Below, piece after piece: positions 42,656 through 50,949 of a DNA stretch of 64,000 nt. Both the position numbers and the translations under genes were made by a program. Below the pieces are notes generated by a model, which saw only the letters and a list, made by a program, of their open reading frames with translations, was not told where the DNA came from and did not search any database. Position 1 is the first letter of the stretch, and every line of letters starts with the position of its first letter. The stretch spans positions 448,001 through 512,000 of the forward strand of contig CAVUKA010000003.1 of the NCBI GenBank assembly GCA_963741945.1, read 5' to 3'. The DNA comes from an uncultured Gemmatimonadales bacterium. Lineage in GTDB: Bacteria; Gemmatimonadota; Gemmatimonadetes; Longimicrobiales; RSA9.

Positions 42656-44392
42656 GTGCCCACCCGCACCGCCCGGAGCCTGCCCGTGTACCCGGCCGTA
42701 GCACCGCCTCGGGGCGACGCGACGCGCGCGCCGCTGCTGGGATGGTTCCTGCGCTGGAAGCACGCCCGCACGGCCGTCCAGATCCCGCTCCTCCTGCTCG
42801 CGGCCGTGATCGTGGCGGACGGGCTGTTCGGTCCGCAGGTGGCGCCGGAGAACGCGGCGGGCGTGGGGCCGTGGGTGCAATGGCGAGGACTCGTGGCGCT
42901 GGCGCTGCTCGTGGCCGGGAACCTGTTCTGCATGGCCTGCCCGTTCATGCTCCCCCGGCGTCTGGCGAAGAAGCTGATGCCGGCAACCCGGAGCTGGCCG
43001 GCGTGGCTGCGCGGGAAATGGCTGGCGCTGGCGCTCCTCGTCACCTTCTTCTGGGCGTACGAGGCGTTCGACCTCTGGAACAGCCCGTGGCTCACCGCGT
43101 GGCTCGTGCTGGCATACTTCGCGGCCGCGTTCGTAGTGGACGGGTTCTTCAAGGGCGCGGCATTCTGCAAGTACGTCTGCCCGATCGGCTCGTTCAACTT
43201 CGTGAACGCCCTCGCCTCACCGGCGGAAGTGCGCGTCCGGGACGTGGACGTGTGCGCCGCGTGCGAGACCAAGGACTGCATCACCGGCAGGCACGCGATC
43301 GACGCCCGCACCGGCGAGGCGAGAGTCGTCCAGTCGGGGTGCGAGCTGTGGCTCTTCCAGCCTCGTAAGACAGGAAACCTGGACTGCACTTTCTGTCTCG
43401 ACTGCGTCCAGGCGTGTCCCTACGACAATGTCGGGATCATGCCGCGGATCCCGGGGGCGGAGCTGGTGCGCGACCCCCGCCGCTCCGGCATCGGCCGCCT
43501 CACGGAGCGTCCCGACTTCGTGGCCCTCCTCATGGCCGTGGTCTTCCTGGCGTTCGTCAACGCGGCGGGGATGATCGGCCCCGTACAGCCGGTCCTGGAC
43601 GGAATCGGCCGCGCGCTCGGGACCGACAGGGAGTGGGTGACCTGGACCGTTTTCCTGCTGGCGACGCTGGGCATCGCGCCCGCACTGCTCCTGGCCAAGG
43701 CGACCGCCGCCAGCTGGTGGCTCACCGGCGGTGTGGTCCCCGCGCGCCGGCTGGGGCTCCGGATGGCCGCGGGGCTGGTGCCCGTGGGCTTCGGGATGTG
43801 GGTGGCTCACTACGGGTTCCACCTGCTGGCCAGCGGGTTGACCCTGGTCCCCGTGCTCCACCGCGTGGGCAACGATGTCGCCTTCGTGGGCGGCACGCCC
43901 GACTGGTCGCTGGGCCCCATCCTCCCGGCGGCGTGGCTCCTCCCCGTCGAGCTGCTGGCCGTGGAAGGAGGGCTGCTGGGGAGCATTCTGCTTCTCCATT
44001 ACATTTCGCGCGCGACGCTCCCCTCGGGGCGCCTGGCGCGGCGAGCGTTCGCACCCTGGGCCCTGCTCGCCCTGGGCCTGGGCGCGCTCGGCGGGTGGAT
44101 CATGGTCCAGCCCATGGCCATGCGCGGGATGATGATGCCCGGCATGGAAGCGACCATGCCAGGGATGGGTGCGGAAGGGACCATGCCCGGGATGACGGAC
44201 GGCGTCCCCATGCCCGGGGGAATGCGGCTGGAGGCAGAGCCGGCGGCAAGCGGGGAGCCGGCGGACGGAGGCGCAGCGGCCTCGGGCGCCCACACGGACG
44301 AGGAGCAGGGAATGGACGGAAGCCGGAAAGAGGCGGCGTCGCCGACAACGCACACGGCCAGCCCGGCGGAGCACGGGGGCGGCGATGGGTGA
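42656..44392 (+). CDS. Polytopic 4Fe-4S membrane protein (FesM/CcoG/NapH-like) with Met-rich C-terminal tail
   Basis: FCMACP, FCKYVCPIG, CAACxxxDC, DCTFCLDCVQACP; many TM helices; tail MAMRGMMMPGMEATMPGM... Confidence 0.8.
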   Translation: MPTRTARSLPVYPAVAPPRGDATRAPLLGWFLRWKHARTAVQIPLLLLAAVIVADGLFGPQVAPENAAGVGPWVQWRGLVALALLVAGNLFCMACPFMLPRRLAKKLMPATRSWPAWLRGKWLALALLVTFFWAYEAFDLWNSPWLTAWLVLAYFAAAFVVDGFFKGAAFCKYVCPIGSFNFVNALASPAEVRVRDVDVCAACETKDCITGRHAIDARTGEARVVQSGCELWLFQPRKTGNLDCTFCLDCVQACPYDNVGIMPRIPGAELVRDPRRSGIGRLTERPDFVALLMAVVFLAFVNAAGMIGPVQPVLDGIGRALGTDREWVTWTVFLLATLGIAPALLLAKATAASWWLTGGVVPARRLGLRMAAGLVPVGFGMWVAHYGFHLLASGLTLVPVLHRVGNDVAFVGGTPDWSLGPILPAAWLLPVELLAVEGGLLGSILLLHYISRATLPSGRLARRAFAPWALLALGLGALGGWIMVQPMAMRGMMMPGMEATMPGMGAEGTMPGMTDGVPMPGGMRLEAEPAASGEPADGGAAASGAHTDEEQGMDGSRKEAASPTTHTASPAEHGGGDG

Positions 44393-45332
44393 TGTCCGCG
44401 CATTCCTGCTGTCCTGGGAGTTCGAGCCCACCATCATCCTCGGCATCGCCATTGCCGCCGGGCTCTACATCCGGGGGTGGCGACGGCTGCGGAAGCGGGG
44501 GCGTGGCGGACGCGTACTGCGCCCCTGGCGCGCGTGGTCGTTCGCCGGCGGGCTCGCGGCGGTGGCGCTGGCGCTCCTTTCGCCGATCGCCACGTTCGAC
44601 TCGATCTTCTTCTTCATGCACATGATCCAGCACGTGCTGCTGATCATGATCGCGGCGCCGCTCATCTGGCTGGGGGCGCCCATGCTGCCTACGCTGTGGG
44701 CCTTCGATCGCCGCACGCGGCGACAGCTGGGCAAGCTCTTCCGCCCGGACAATCCGGTCCACCGCGTGCTCCACTTCCTCACCCGCCCCAGTGTGGCGCT
44801 CCCGCTGTTCGTTCTCGTGCTCCTGGGATGGCACTTCCCGCCGCTCTACGATGCCGCACAGGGGCGCACGCTGCTGCACGACCTGGAGCACGCCCTCTTC
44901 TTCGCCACCGCACTCCTCTTCTGGTGGCCCGTCATCCATCCGTCCGGGGGCAAGCGCCGCCTCAGCTACGCCGCCGCGATCCTCTACATCTTCCCGGCCA
45001 AGCTCGCGGGACTCGTACTGGGCGCCGGCCTCTCCCTCGCCCGCACCCCCATCTACGACTTCTACGCCCGGCAGCCCCGGGTCTGGGGGATCTCCGCTCT
45101 GACAGACCAGCAGGCGGGCGGGCTGATCATGTGGGTGTTCGTGGGCGTCCTCTTCATCCTCCCGCTCTTCGGGCTCGTGCTCATGATGATGCGGGAAGAT
45201 GAGGGCGACCTCTGGGTGCCCGAGGTCGTGCGCCAGGCGGAGGCGGACGGACGACCGGGGACCGTTGTGCCGCCCAGGACGGGCGCGGGCGGCATCCGCC
45301 CCGGATCGCCCACGCCCGAGCCCGGCCGATGA
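44385..45332 (+). CDS. Cytochrome c oxidase assembly factor CtaG (caa3-type) family
   Basis: LLSPI, HMIQHVLLIMIAAPL, WHFPPLYD, HDLEH, FWWPV, DQQAGGLIMW. Confidence 0.88.
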   Translation: MGDVRAFLLSWEFEPTIILGIAIAAGLYIRGWRRLRKRGRGGRVLRPWRAWSFAGGLAAVALALLSPIATFDSIFFFMHMIQHVLLIMIAAPLIWLGAPMLPTLWAFDRRTRRQLGKLFRPDNPVHRVLHFLTRPSVALPLFVLVLLGWHFPPLYDAAQGRTLLHDLEHALFFATALLFWWPVIHPSGGKRRLSYAAAILYIFPAKLAGLVLGAGLSLARTPIYDFYARQPRVWGISALTDQQAGGLIMWVFVGVLFILPLFGLVLMMMREDEGDLWVPEVVRQAEADGRPGTVVPPRTGAGGIRPGSPTPEPGR

Positions 45333-45877
45333 GGCGACGCCGATACGCGAGCGGACACATCCTCGTCGCCATCCTTTTCCTGCTGCTGACGGCGCTTCCG
45401 CTGCTGGCGAACGGCGGCAAGGTCCGCATTTCCCGGGCGCCCGTGGGACCGTACTTCGTCTCCGTCTACAGCAGCCCCACGCCCGCGCGGACGGGAAAGC
45501 AGGACGTGAGCGTGCTGGTGCAGGACTCGGCGGACCGGCAGGTCGACGTGCCGCTGACGCTCGAGCTCCAGGCTGCGGGCGGCGGACCCGCCAGGACGTT
45601 CGCCGTGACGCGTCAGGCCGCCACGAACAAGCTCTTCAAGGCCGCGAAGTTCTCCATCGATGCACCGGGAGAATGGGTGTTCAGGATCCGGGTTGGTGAT
45701 GTGGGCGAGGTCTCCTTCCAGGCGACGGTGGAGCGGTCCACGATCCTGGACCGCCCTTACCTCATCGCCGCCCTGATCCTTCTCCCCCTCCTGCTCGTGG
45801 GCTGGCTGGTGAGTCGACGGGATGACGCGCCCGCACAGGCACCGGTGCAGGGGCGGAGCCCGGGCGAGACCCGGTAG
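45329..45877 (+). CDS. Exported FixH/YtkA-like Ig-fold protein with C-terminal TM helix
   Basis: Signal peptide; SPTPARTG..DVSVLVQD, ATNKLFKAA, PGEWVFRIRV; ATGA overlap with ctaG. Confidence 0.6.
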   Translation: MRRRRYASGHILVAILFLLLTALPLLANGGKVRISRAPVGPYFVSVYSSPTPARTGKQDVSVLVQDSADRQVDVPLTLELQAAGGGPARTFAVTRQAATNKLFKAAKFSIDAPGEWVFRIRVGDVGEVSFQATVERSTILDRPYLIAALILLPLLLVGWLVSRRDDAPAQAPVQGRSPGETR

Positions 45878-45911
45878 GCCCGCAGCGCGAGCCGTCCCCG
45901 GCGGTCTACCG

Positions 45912-46307
45912 TCAGTCCCGGAGCGCAGCCACCACGTAGCCGGCCACGAACGCAATGACCAGTGACCGCCACGGCTCCTGCGAGATCGTGTGGCGGAAGT
46001 CGCGCAGCGTGGCCTTCGCGACGAGGTCGTCCTTCCTGCGGTTCAGCTCGGCCTTCTCTCGCCCGAGCCGCGCCTCCAGCGCGTCCAGCGTGTCCGACAT
46101 CCGGGCCCGCGTATGCTGGATTTCATCGCGCATTTCGTCCGGGTTGCTGGCGACGATCCTTCCTCGCCCATCCTGGGCCCCTGTCGCGTAGCCGCGGGCG
46201 CTCGCGCCGTCGCTCCTGCCTTGCCGGACTTCACGAGGGCTGACCTGCCCCTGCCGGGGCAGCGCGTGAGCGGGGTCCGGACTCTTGAACTCGATGGAAT
46301 CGGCCAT
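45912..46307 (-). CDS. DUF3618-like small tail-anchored stress protein
   Basis: PDEMRDEIQHTRARMSDTLDALEARL; C-terminal PWRSLVIAFVAGY helix. Confidence 0.7.
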   Translation of the reverse strand: MADSIEFKSPDPAHALPRQGQVSPREVRQGRSDGASARGYATGAQDGRGRIVASNPDEMRDEIQHTRARMSDTLDALEARLGREKAELNRRKDDLVAKATLRDFRHTISQEPWRSLVIAFVAGYVVAALRD

Positions 46308-46344
46308 GGCTCGTCCTGATGAGAGTCGTTCGATGTTCTCCGGT

Positions 46345-46360
46345 TGCAAGAGCCGCGCCC
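46345..46360 (-). promoter_or_regulatory. Putative sigma54 -24/-12 promoter for the DUF3618-like gene
   Basis: Minus strand GGGCGCGGCTCTTGCA with exact GG-N10-GC spacing. Confidence 0.5.
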
Positions 46361-46399
46361 CCCGCCCCCGGCGTGGCTCCCGTGCTGTCTCCCCGCATC

Positions 46400-46415
46400 C
46401 GGCACAGGCATTGCA
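46400..46415 (+). promoter_or_regulatory. Putative sigma54 -24/-12 promoter for the YqjE-like/ElaB-like genes
   Basis: CGGCAC-AGGCA-TTGCA, close to consensus TGGCAC-N5-TTGCW. Confidence 0.6.
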
Positions 46416-46570
46416 CCACTGGATCGATCGCACACCCCGGCTCCCGACATCGGTGGAGGAATGGCATGGCATCCCCGGAATCCCCGTCGCGCGCTCCATC
46501 GCGCTGGCGCTCCCGACCTCCCGACCATCAGCTCCCTCGCGGCGAGGGACCGCCAGAGCGCGAGGAGCCC

Positions 46571-47053
46571 ATGGCGCCGGAACGGCCCCTCGGGCCGCCG
46601 CGGGCGCTCGAGGCTGAGCCGGCGCTCGAGCCGGGGCGGACCGTGGAGACCGAGCCGAGTCTCGGCACGCTGGTTCGCAGCCTGGCCGAGGACACCCGCA
46701 CGCTCGTGCAGCAGGAGCTTGAGCTGGCCCGCATGGAGGTGTTCCGGACCGGCCGCGAAGTGGCCATGGACGGGATCTGGCTCGCCGCGGGTGCCAGCAT
46801 CCTCGCGCTGGGGGGCATCGTGGTGGTGCTCGGACTGGCGCTGCTGGTCGGCTATTTCCTCGACTCGTACTGGCTCGGGACGCTGATCGTGGGCGCGTTC
46901 CTGCTCCTCGTGGGCGGCGTGGCCGCGCTGGTGGGATTCCAGCGGATGCGATCCCGGGAGTTCGCGCCCAGTAGGACCGTGGAGTCGCTCCGGGCCGACG
47001 CGACATGGGCTCGCAGGGAGGCAGAAGACATGAAGCAGGCATTCAAGGAGTGA
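46571..47053 (+). CDS. YqjE/'phage holin family' (DUF1469-like) membrane protein
   Basis: SLGTLVRSLAEDTRTLVQQELELARME, two TM helices, PSRTVESLRADATW; RBS GAGGAG. Confidence 0.8.
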   Translation: MAPERPLGPPRALEAEPALEPGRTVETEPSLGTLVRSLAEDTRTLVQQELELARMEVFRTGREVAMDGIWLAAGASILALGGIVVVLGLALLVGYFLDSYWLGTLIVGAFLLLVGGVAALVGFQRMRSREFAPSRTVESLRADATWARREAEDMKQAFKE

Positions 47054-47055
47054 GC

Positions 47056-47508
47056 ATGGCGGAACACACCGACGGACGGAGCGAGTACACCGAGGGTCCG
47101 GAGCCGACCACGCCCGGTTATCCCGAGCACGAAACGCGGCGCGCCACCGGGATGGGGAACCCCGGCCGGTTCAGCGACGATCCGGAGCGGGAGCCCGGGC
47201 TGCGGCACGATGGGCGGGATGGGGGGGCCGAGGCACGCGTCCGGCACGCGGCCGGAAGCCGGATCGCCGAGACCGCCGACCGCGTTCGGGTTCTGGGCGA
47301 CAGGGCGGCGGAGAAGAACCGGTTCCTCTCACCCACGCGTCCACTGGCCCGCGGCGCAGCCCAGGGGATGGACACGGCGGCCGAGTACGTGAGATCGCAC
47401 CCGGTGACCGAGATGCGCGATGACCTCGAGTCCCAGGTGCGACGGCATCCGCTGGCCGCCATTGCGGTGGCGTTCCTGGCCGGCTACACCCTGCGCCGGG
47501 TGTTCTGA
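47056..47508 (+). CDS. ElaB/YqjD/DUF883-like tail-anchored protein
   Basis: AAEYVR...VRRHPLAAIAVAFLAGYTLRR C-terminal anchor; RBS AAGGAG. Confidence 0.72.
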   Translation: MAEHTDGRSEYTEGPEPTTPGYPEHETRRATGMGNPGRFSDDPEREPGLRHDGRDGGAEARVRHAAGSRIAETADRVRVLGDRAAEKNRFLSPTRPLARGAAQGMDTAAEYVRSHPVTEMRDDLESQVRRHPLAAIAVAFLAGYTLRRVF

Positions 47509-47533
47509 GCCGGGGCGGCGGCGAGTCGAGCGC

Positions 47534-47569
47534 GCGGACCCGGCCGGTGGGGCCGGTCGGCCGGGCCGC
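47534..47569. terminator. GC hairpin between convergent ElaB-like gene and lepB
   Basis: cccggccg/cggccggg with gcgg/ccgc extension. Confidence 0.4.
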
Positions 47570-47580
47570 TGCGGCTCACG

Positions 47581-48429
47581 TCAATGGATGACGTGCCCGA
47601 TGCGCTGCGGTCTCACGTTGCGGAGGAAGGCGAACGGGCGCCGGTGCTGCGGGTCGTACGAGTAGTAGATGATGTCGGCCTTTCCGCGCAGCCGCCACCC
47701 GGCGAGGAAGCCCCAGTAGCGCGAGTCCACGCTGTCGTCCCGGTTGTCGCCCATCATGAAGTAGTGGGCGGGCGGCACCACCAGCGGGCCCCAGTTGTCG
47801 CGCGTGGGATGACACCCTGGCTCGCTGGCCGTGCCTTCCGGCACCCGGTACGCCCCCGAGATATCCGGACTGAGGTGCACCGGCTCTCCGCACTGCCACC
47901 GCATCCACGGGTGCGCCACGTCGCCCTCCGTGTCCGTGTGGTGCACGTACGGCTCGTCCTGCGGCACCCCGTTGATGTAGAGCACCTTGTCCGTCATGGA
48001 GAGCGTGTCGCCGGGCATGCCGATGATGCGCTTCACCACGTCCAGGCCGGGGTCGTGGGGCGGCCGGAACACCGCCACGTCGTGCCGCTTCGGGTGGCTG
48101 TAGCCGGGGAAGTGCGTCTCGGTGAACGGGATCAGCGGTCCGTAGGACAGCTTGTTCAGGATCAGGAAGTCGCCCACGAGGAGCGTGTCCTCCATGGACG
48201 ACGACGTGATCACGAACGTCTGCACGATGAACGTGCGGAGCACCAGGAAGAGCAGGAGCGCAGCGCCCAGCGACCTGGCCCAGTCCAGCGCCACCTCGCC
48301 GCCCGTGCGCGGACGGCGGCGTCGCGACCCGCCGGCGCCATCTCCGCCCGCCTGCCCCGCCGTCTCCTTCTGCTCCGGCGCCTTGGCGCCACCGGCCGAT
48401 TGTTCCGACCCCTTCCGCTGCTTCGTCAC
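47581..48429 (-). CDS. lepB: Signal peptidase I
   Basis: TM helix, SSSMEDTL (Ser), VKRIIGMPGD (Lys), GDNRDDSVDSRYWG. Confidence 0.95.
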   Translation of the reverse strand: MTKQRKGSEQSAGGAKAPEQKETAGQAGGDGAGGSRRRRPRTGGEVALDWARSLGAALLLFLVLRTFIVQTFVITSSSMEDTLLVGDFLILNKLSYGPLIPFTETHFPGYSHPKRHDVAVFRPPHDPGLDVVKRIIGMPGDTLSMTDKVLYINGVPQDEPYVHHTDTEGDVAHPWMRWQCGEPVHLSPDISGAYRVPEGTASEPGCHPTRDNWGPLVVPPAHYFMMGDNRDDSVDSRYWGFLAGWRLRGKADIIYYSYDPQHRRPFAFLRNVRPQRIGHVIH

Positions 48430-48494
48430 GCTCCGTGCCTGCTCCTGTGTCTCGGCCGATCCTTACGTGGATCCGGCGCGCCAGGTTCCGCCCG

Positions 48495-49088
48495 TCACTT
48501 GCCGGCCAGGGCCAGCGCTTTCCGGATGAGCGCCTTCGGGTCCTCCTCCGGGCCGCTCTGCTCAATGCTTCGCCGCACTGCCGCGCTCGCCTCGAACGAC
48601 GAATAGCCCAGCGCCACGAGCGCGCCCACAGCTTCCTGCGCCGCCGCGCCCTTCACCGACGGCCCGACCGACGTGAGCGCCAGGTCGTCCAGCTTGTCGC
48701 CCAGCTCCAGGGCGATGCGCTCGGCGGTCTTCCGCCCCACGCCGGGCACCCGCACGAGGGTCGCCAGCTCGCGGTCGGTGATGGCGCGCACCAGGGCGGC
48801 GGGGGTCAGCGTGGACATCATGGCGAGAGCCAGGCGCGGGCCGACCCCCGAAGCGCTCAGCAACCGCCCGAACAGCGCCCGCTCCGGCTCGGCCAGGAAG
48901 CCGAACAGGAGCAGGTCGTCCTCCCGCACCACCTGGTGCGTCAACAGCTCCGTCTCCTGCCCCACGCGCGGCAGCTTCTCGAACACGGAGAGCGGGATCT
49001 CGATCTCGTAGGCGACGCCGCCCGCTGTCATCACTTCCACCTGCTCCGGTTCCCGCCGCAGCAGCGTGCCCCGGATCCGGCTGATCAT
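48495..49088 (-). CDS. ruvA: Holliday junction protein RuvA
   Basis: MISRIRG, VREDDLLLFGF, GVGPRLA, PGVGRKTAERI, ALVALGY. Confidence 0.97.
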   Translation of the reverse strand: MISRIRGTLLRREPEQVEVMTAGGVAYEIEIPLSVFEKLPRVGQETELLTHQVVREDDLLLFGFLAEPERALFGRLLSASGVGPRLALAMMSTLTPAALVRAITDRELATLVRVPGVGRKTAERIALELGDKLDDLALTSVGPSVKGAAAQEAVGALVALGYSSFEASAAVRRSIEQSGPEEDPKALIRKALALAGK

Positions 49089-49582
49089 GACCGCGCCCCC
49101 AGCGCCGGCAGATGGCCCGCATTCACGTGACACAGCGCCACGGCCACGCCATCGGCCGCATCCGAGGGAGACGGCGCCTCCTTCAGACGCAGCAGCTTCT
49201 TCACCATGAACTGTACCTGCTCCTTCGTCGCTCGGCCGGTTCCCACGACGGCGTTCTTCACTTCCGCGGGCGAGTAGTCCACCACCGGCAGGTGCCGCAG
49301 CGCCGCCGTGAGCAGTATCGCCCCTCGCGCGTGCCCCAGCATCACCGTGCTCCGCACGTTCTTGCCGTAGAAGATGCTCTCCACCGCCACCACGTCCGGC
49401 GCGTGCCGGTCCATCACTTCGCCCAGACCTTCGTGGATGTCCAGCAGCCGCTCCGACAGCTCCGCCGCCGGACGCGTGCGGACCACGCCGCACTCCACCA
49501 GCGAGACGGCGCCGCCGTCCTCGCGGACGACGACGCCGTAGCCTGTCGCAGCCGTTCCCGGGTCGATGCCGAGAACCTTCAA
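49085..49582 (-). CDS. ruvC: Holliday junction resolvase RuvC
   Basis: LGIDPG, VAVE, GHARG, ATKEQV, DAADGVAVALCH; TTG start overlapping the yebC stop. Confidence 0.96.
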   Translation of the reverse strand: MKVLGIDPGTAATGYGVVVREDGGAVSLVECGVVRTRPAAELSERLLDIHEGLGEVMDRHAPDVVAVESIFYGKNVRSTVMLGHARGAILLTAALRHLPVVDYSPAEVKNAVVGTGRATKEQVQFMVKKLLRLKEAPSPSDAADGVAVALCHVNAGHLPALGARS

Positions 49583-50328
49583 GCTTCCACCTCGTTCAGC
49601 ACCTTCTCGTCGATGTCGGCGTTCGTGTGCACCTTCTGGATGTCGTCAAGGTCATCCAGCCCGTCGAGCAGCCTCAGCAGCTTCTCCGCCTCGTGCCCCT
49701 CCACGCGCACGGTGGCCTTGGGCACCATGGCGAGCTCCGCATCGTCGAACTCGATCCCCTGCGCCTTCAGGCCGTCCTGGACGGCATGGAAGCTCGCCAC
49801 GTCCGTGATCACCTCGAACGCGTCGTCCTCCCGCGTCAGGTCCAGCGCGCCCGCCTCCAGCGCGGCCATCATCGTCGCATCCTCGTCGTAGCGCGTGGCA
49901 TCCACGTAGATCCTGCCTCGCCGCTCGAACTGCCACGCCACCGATCCACTCTGCCCCAGATTGCCGCCGTGCCGCTCCAGCACGTGGCGCAGCTCCGCCA
50001 CCGTGCGGTTGAGGTTGTCGGTCAGCGCTTCCATGTACAGCGCCACACCGGCCGGACCATAGCCCTCGTAGGAGACCTCCTCGTAATTCACCCCCTCCAG
50101 CGCGCCCGTGCCCCGGTCGATGGCCCGGTCGATGTTGTCCTGCGGCATGTTGGCCGCTTTCGCCGTGTCCACCGCAAGCCGCAGCCTGGGGTTGAGATCA
50201 GGGTCGCCACCCGCTTCCCGGGCGGCCACCGTGATCTCACGGATCAGTTTCGTGAAATGCTTGCCCCGACGGGCATCGTTCACGGCCTTCTTGCGCTTGA
50301 TCTGCGCCCACTTGGAATGTCCAGCCAT
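49579..50328 (-). CDS. yebC: YebC/PmpR (TACO1) family protein
   Basis: MAGHSKWAQIKRKK, NPRLR, YEGYGP, TDNLNRT, DDIQKVHTN. Confidence 0.97.
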   Translation of the reverse strand: MAGHSKWAQIKRKKAVNDARRGKHFTKLIREITVAAREAGGDPDLNPRLRLAVDTAKAANMPQDNIDRAIDRGTGALEGVNYEEVSYEGYGPAGVALYMEALTDNLNRTVAELRHVLERHGGNLGQSGSVAWQFERRGRIYVDATRYDEDATMMAALEAGALDLTREDDAFEVITDVASFHAVQDGLKAQGIEFDDAELAMVPKATVRVEGHEAEKLLRLLDGLDDLDDIQKVHTNADIDEKVLNEVEA

Positions 50329-50420
50329 GCGTCCTCAGCTCGTTGCGTTCAGCACCTCGTCAGGATACGGGCCCGGAAACAGGCCCGCCGATTCCGTCGG
50401 GGGCGGATACCCCCGCGCCT

Positions 50421-50507
50421 TCAGGAGGTCCCCGGCGGAGGGGTCCAGAGGATGGTGCCAGCGGCGCGGCCGCGGGCGGAGTCCATGCTGTGCTCGAGCC
50501 GTTTCAT
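50421..50507 (-). other. Candidate upstream ORF MKRLEHSMDSARGRAAGTILWTPPPGTS in the yebC leader
   Basis: ATG 50507 (alternative 50486) to TGA 50421; downstream of a TATACT -10 at 50549-50554; no clear SD. Confidence 0.3.
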
Positions 50508-50687
50508 CGGGCGTTCGGGGGAGGACAGACCGGTCACTCCAGCCCGTAAGTATACCCGGGGGTCGCGTCTGACAAAAGGCCACGCGGGGTTCAACGGCGC
50601 GGCGCGTGGTGCGAGCTTCAATGGCGGGGTGCGGAGCGCGGGGCGTGGACGCCCGCGCCCGCCGGCTGGAACGGGCGTTGCGGCCTT

Positions 50688-50716
50688 TTGACACCCGCCG
50701 CCTTCGGCGGTAGATT
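50688..50716 (+). promoter_or_regulatory. sigma70-type promoter for rpsU (TTGACA-N17-TAGATT)
   Basis: ttgaca 50688-50693, tagatt 50711-50716, 35 bp before the ATG. Confidence 0.8.
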
Positions 50717-50751
50717 GGTGTGCTTTTGTAACCACGAGCGAAGGGAGAATA

Positions 50752-50949
50752 ATGGTCGAGGTCGTACTGGGGGAGAACGACCGCCTGGACTGGGCGCTGA
50801 AGAAGTTCCGGCGCAAGATGCTGCGGTCCGGTCGGTTCAAGGACATGAAGAAGAAGCGCTACTACGAGAAGCCCAGCGAGGCGAAGAAGCGGAAGGCAGC
50901 TGCCTCCCGTCGTCGTAACGCGCGAGCTCGTCGTCGTCGGTCCCGTTGA
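50752..50949 (+). CDS. rpsU: 30S ribosomal protein S21
   Basis: ALKKFRRK...KRYYEKPSEAKKRK; RBS AAGGGAG. Confidence 0.95.
   Translation: MVEVVLGENDRLDWALKKFRRKMLRSGRFKDMKKKRYYEKPSEAKKRKAAASRRRNARARRRRSR

Noticed and set aside
46571-47053. Prophage/lysis cassette suggested by the 'phage holin family' protein
   Set aside because: Neighbours are DUF3618/ElaB-like stress proteins; no endolysin, structural or integrase genes
50398-50540. Fourth copy of the element core (gcgggcggagtcc, ccggtcac and a G5/C5 hairpin)
   Set aside because: Matches are short, not colinear, and no CGCGGAG arms are present
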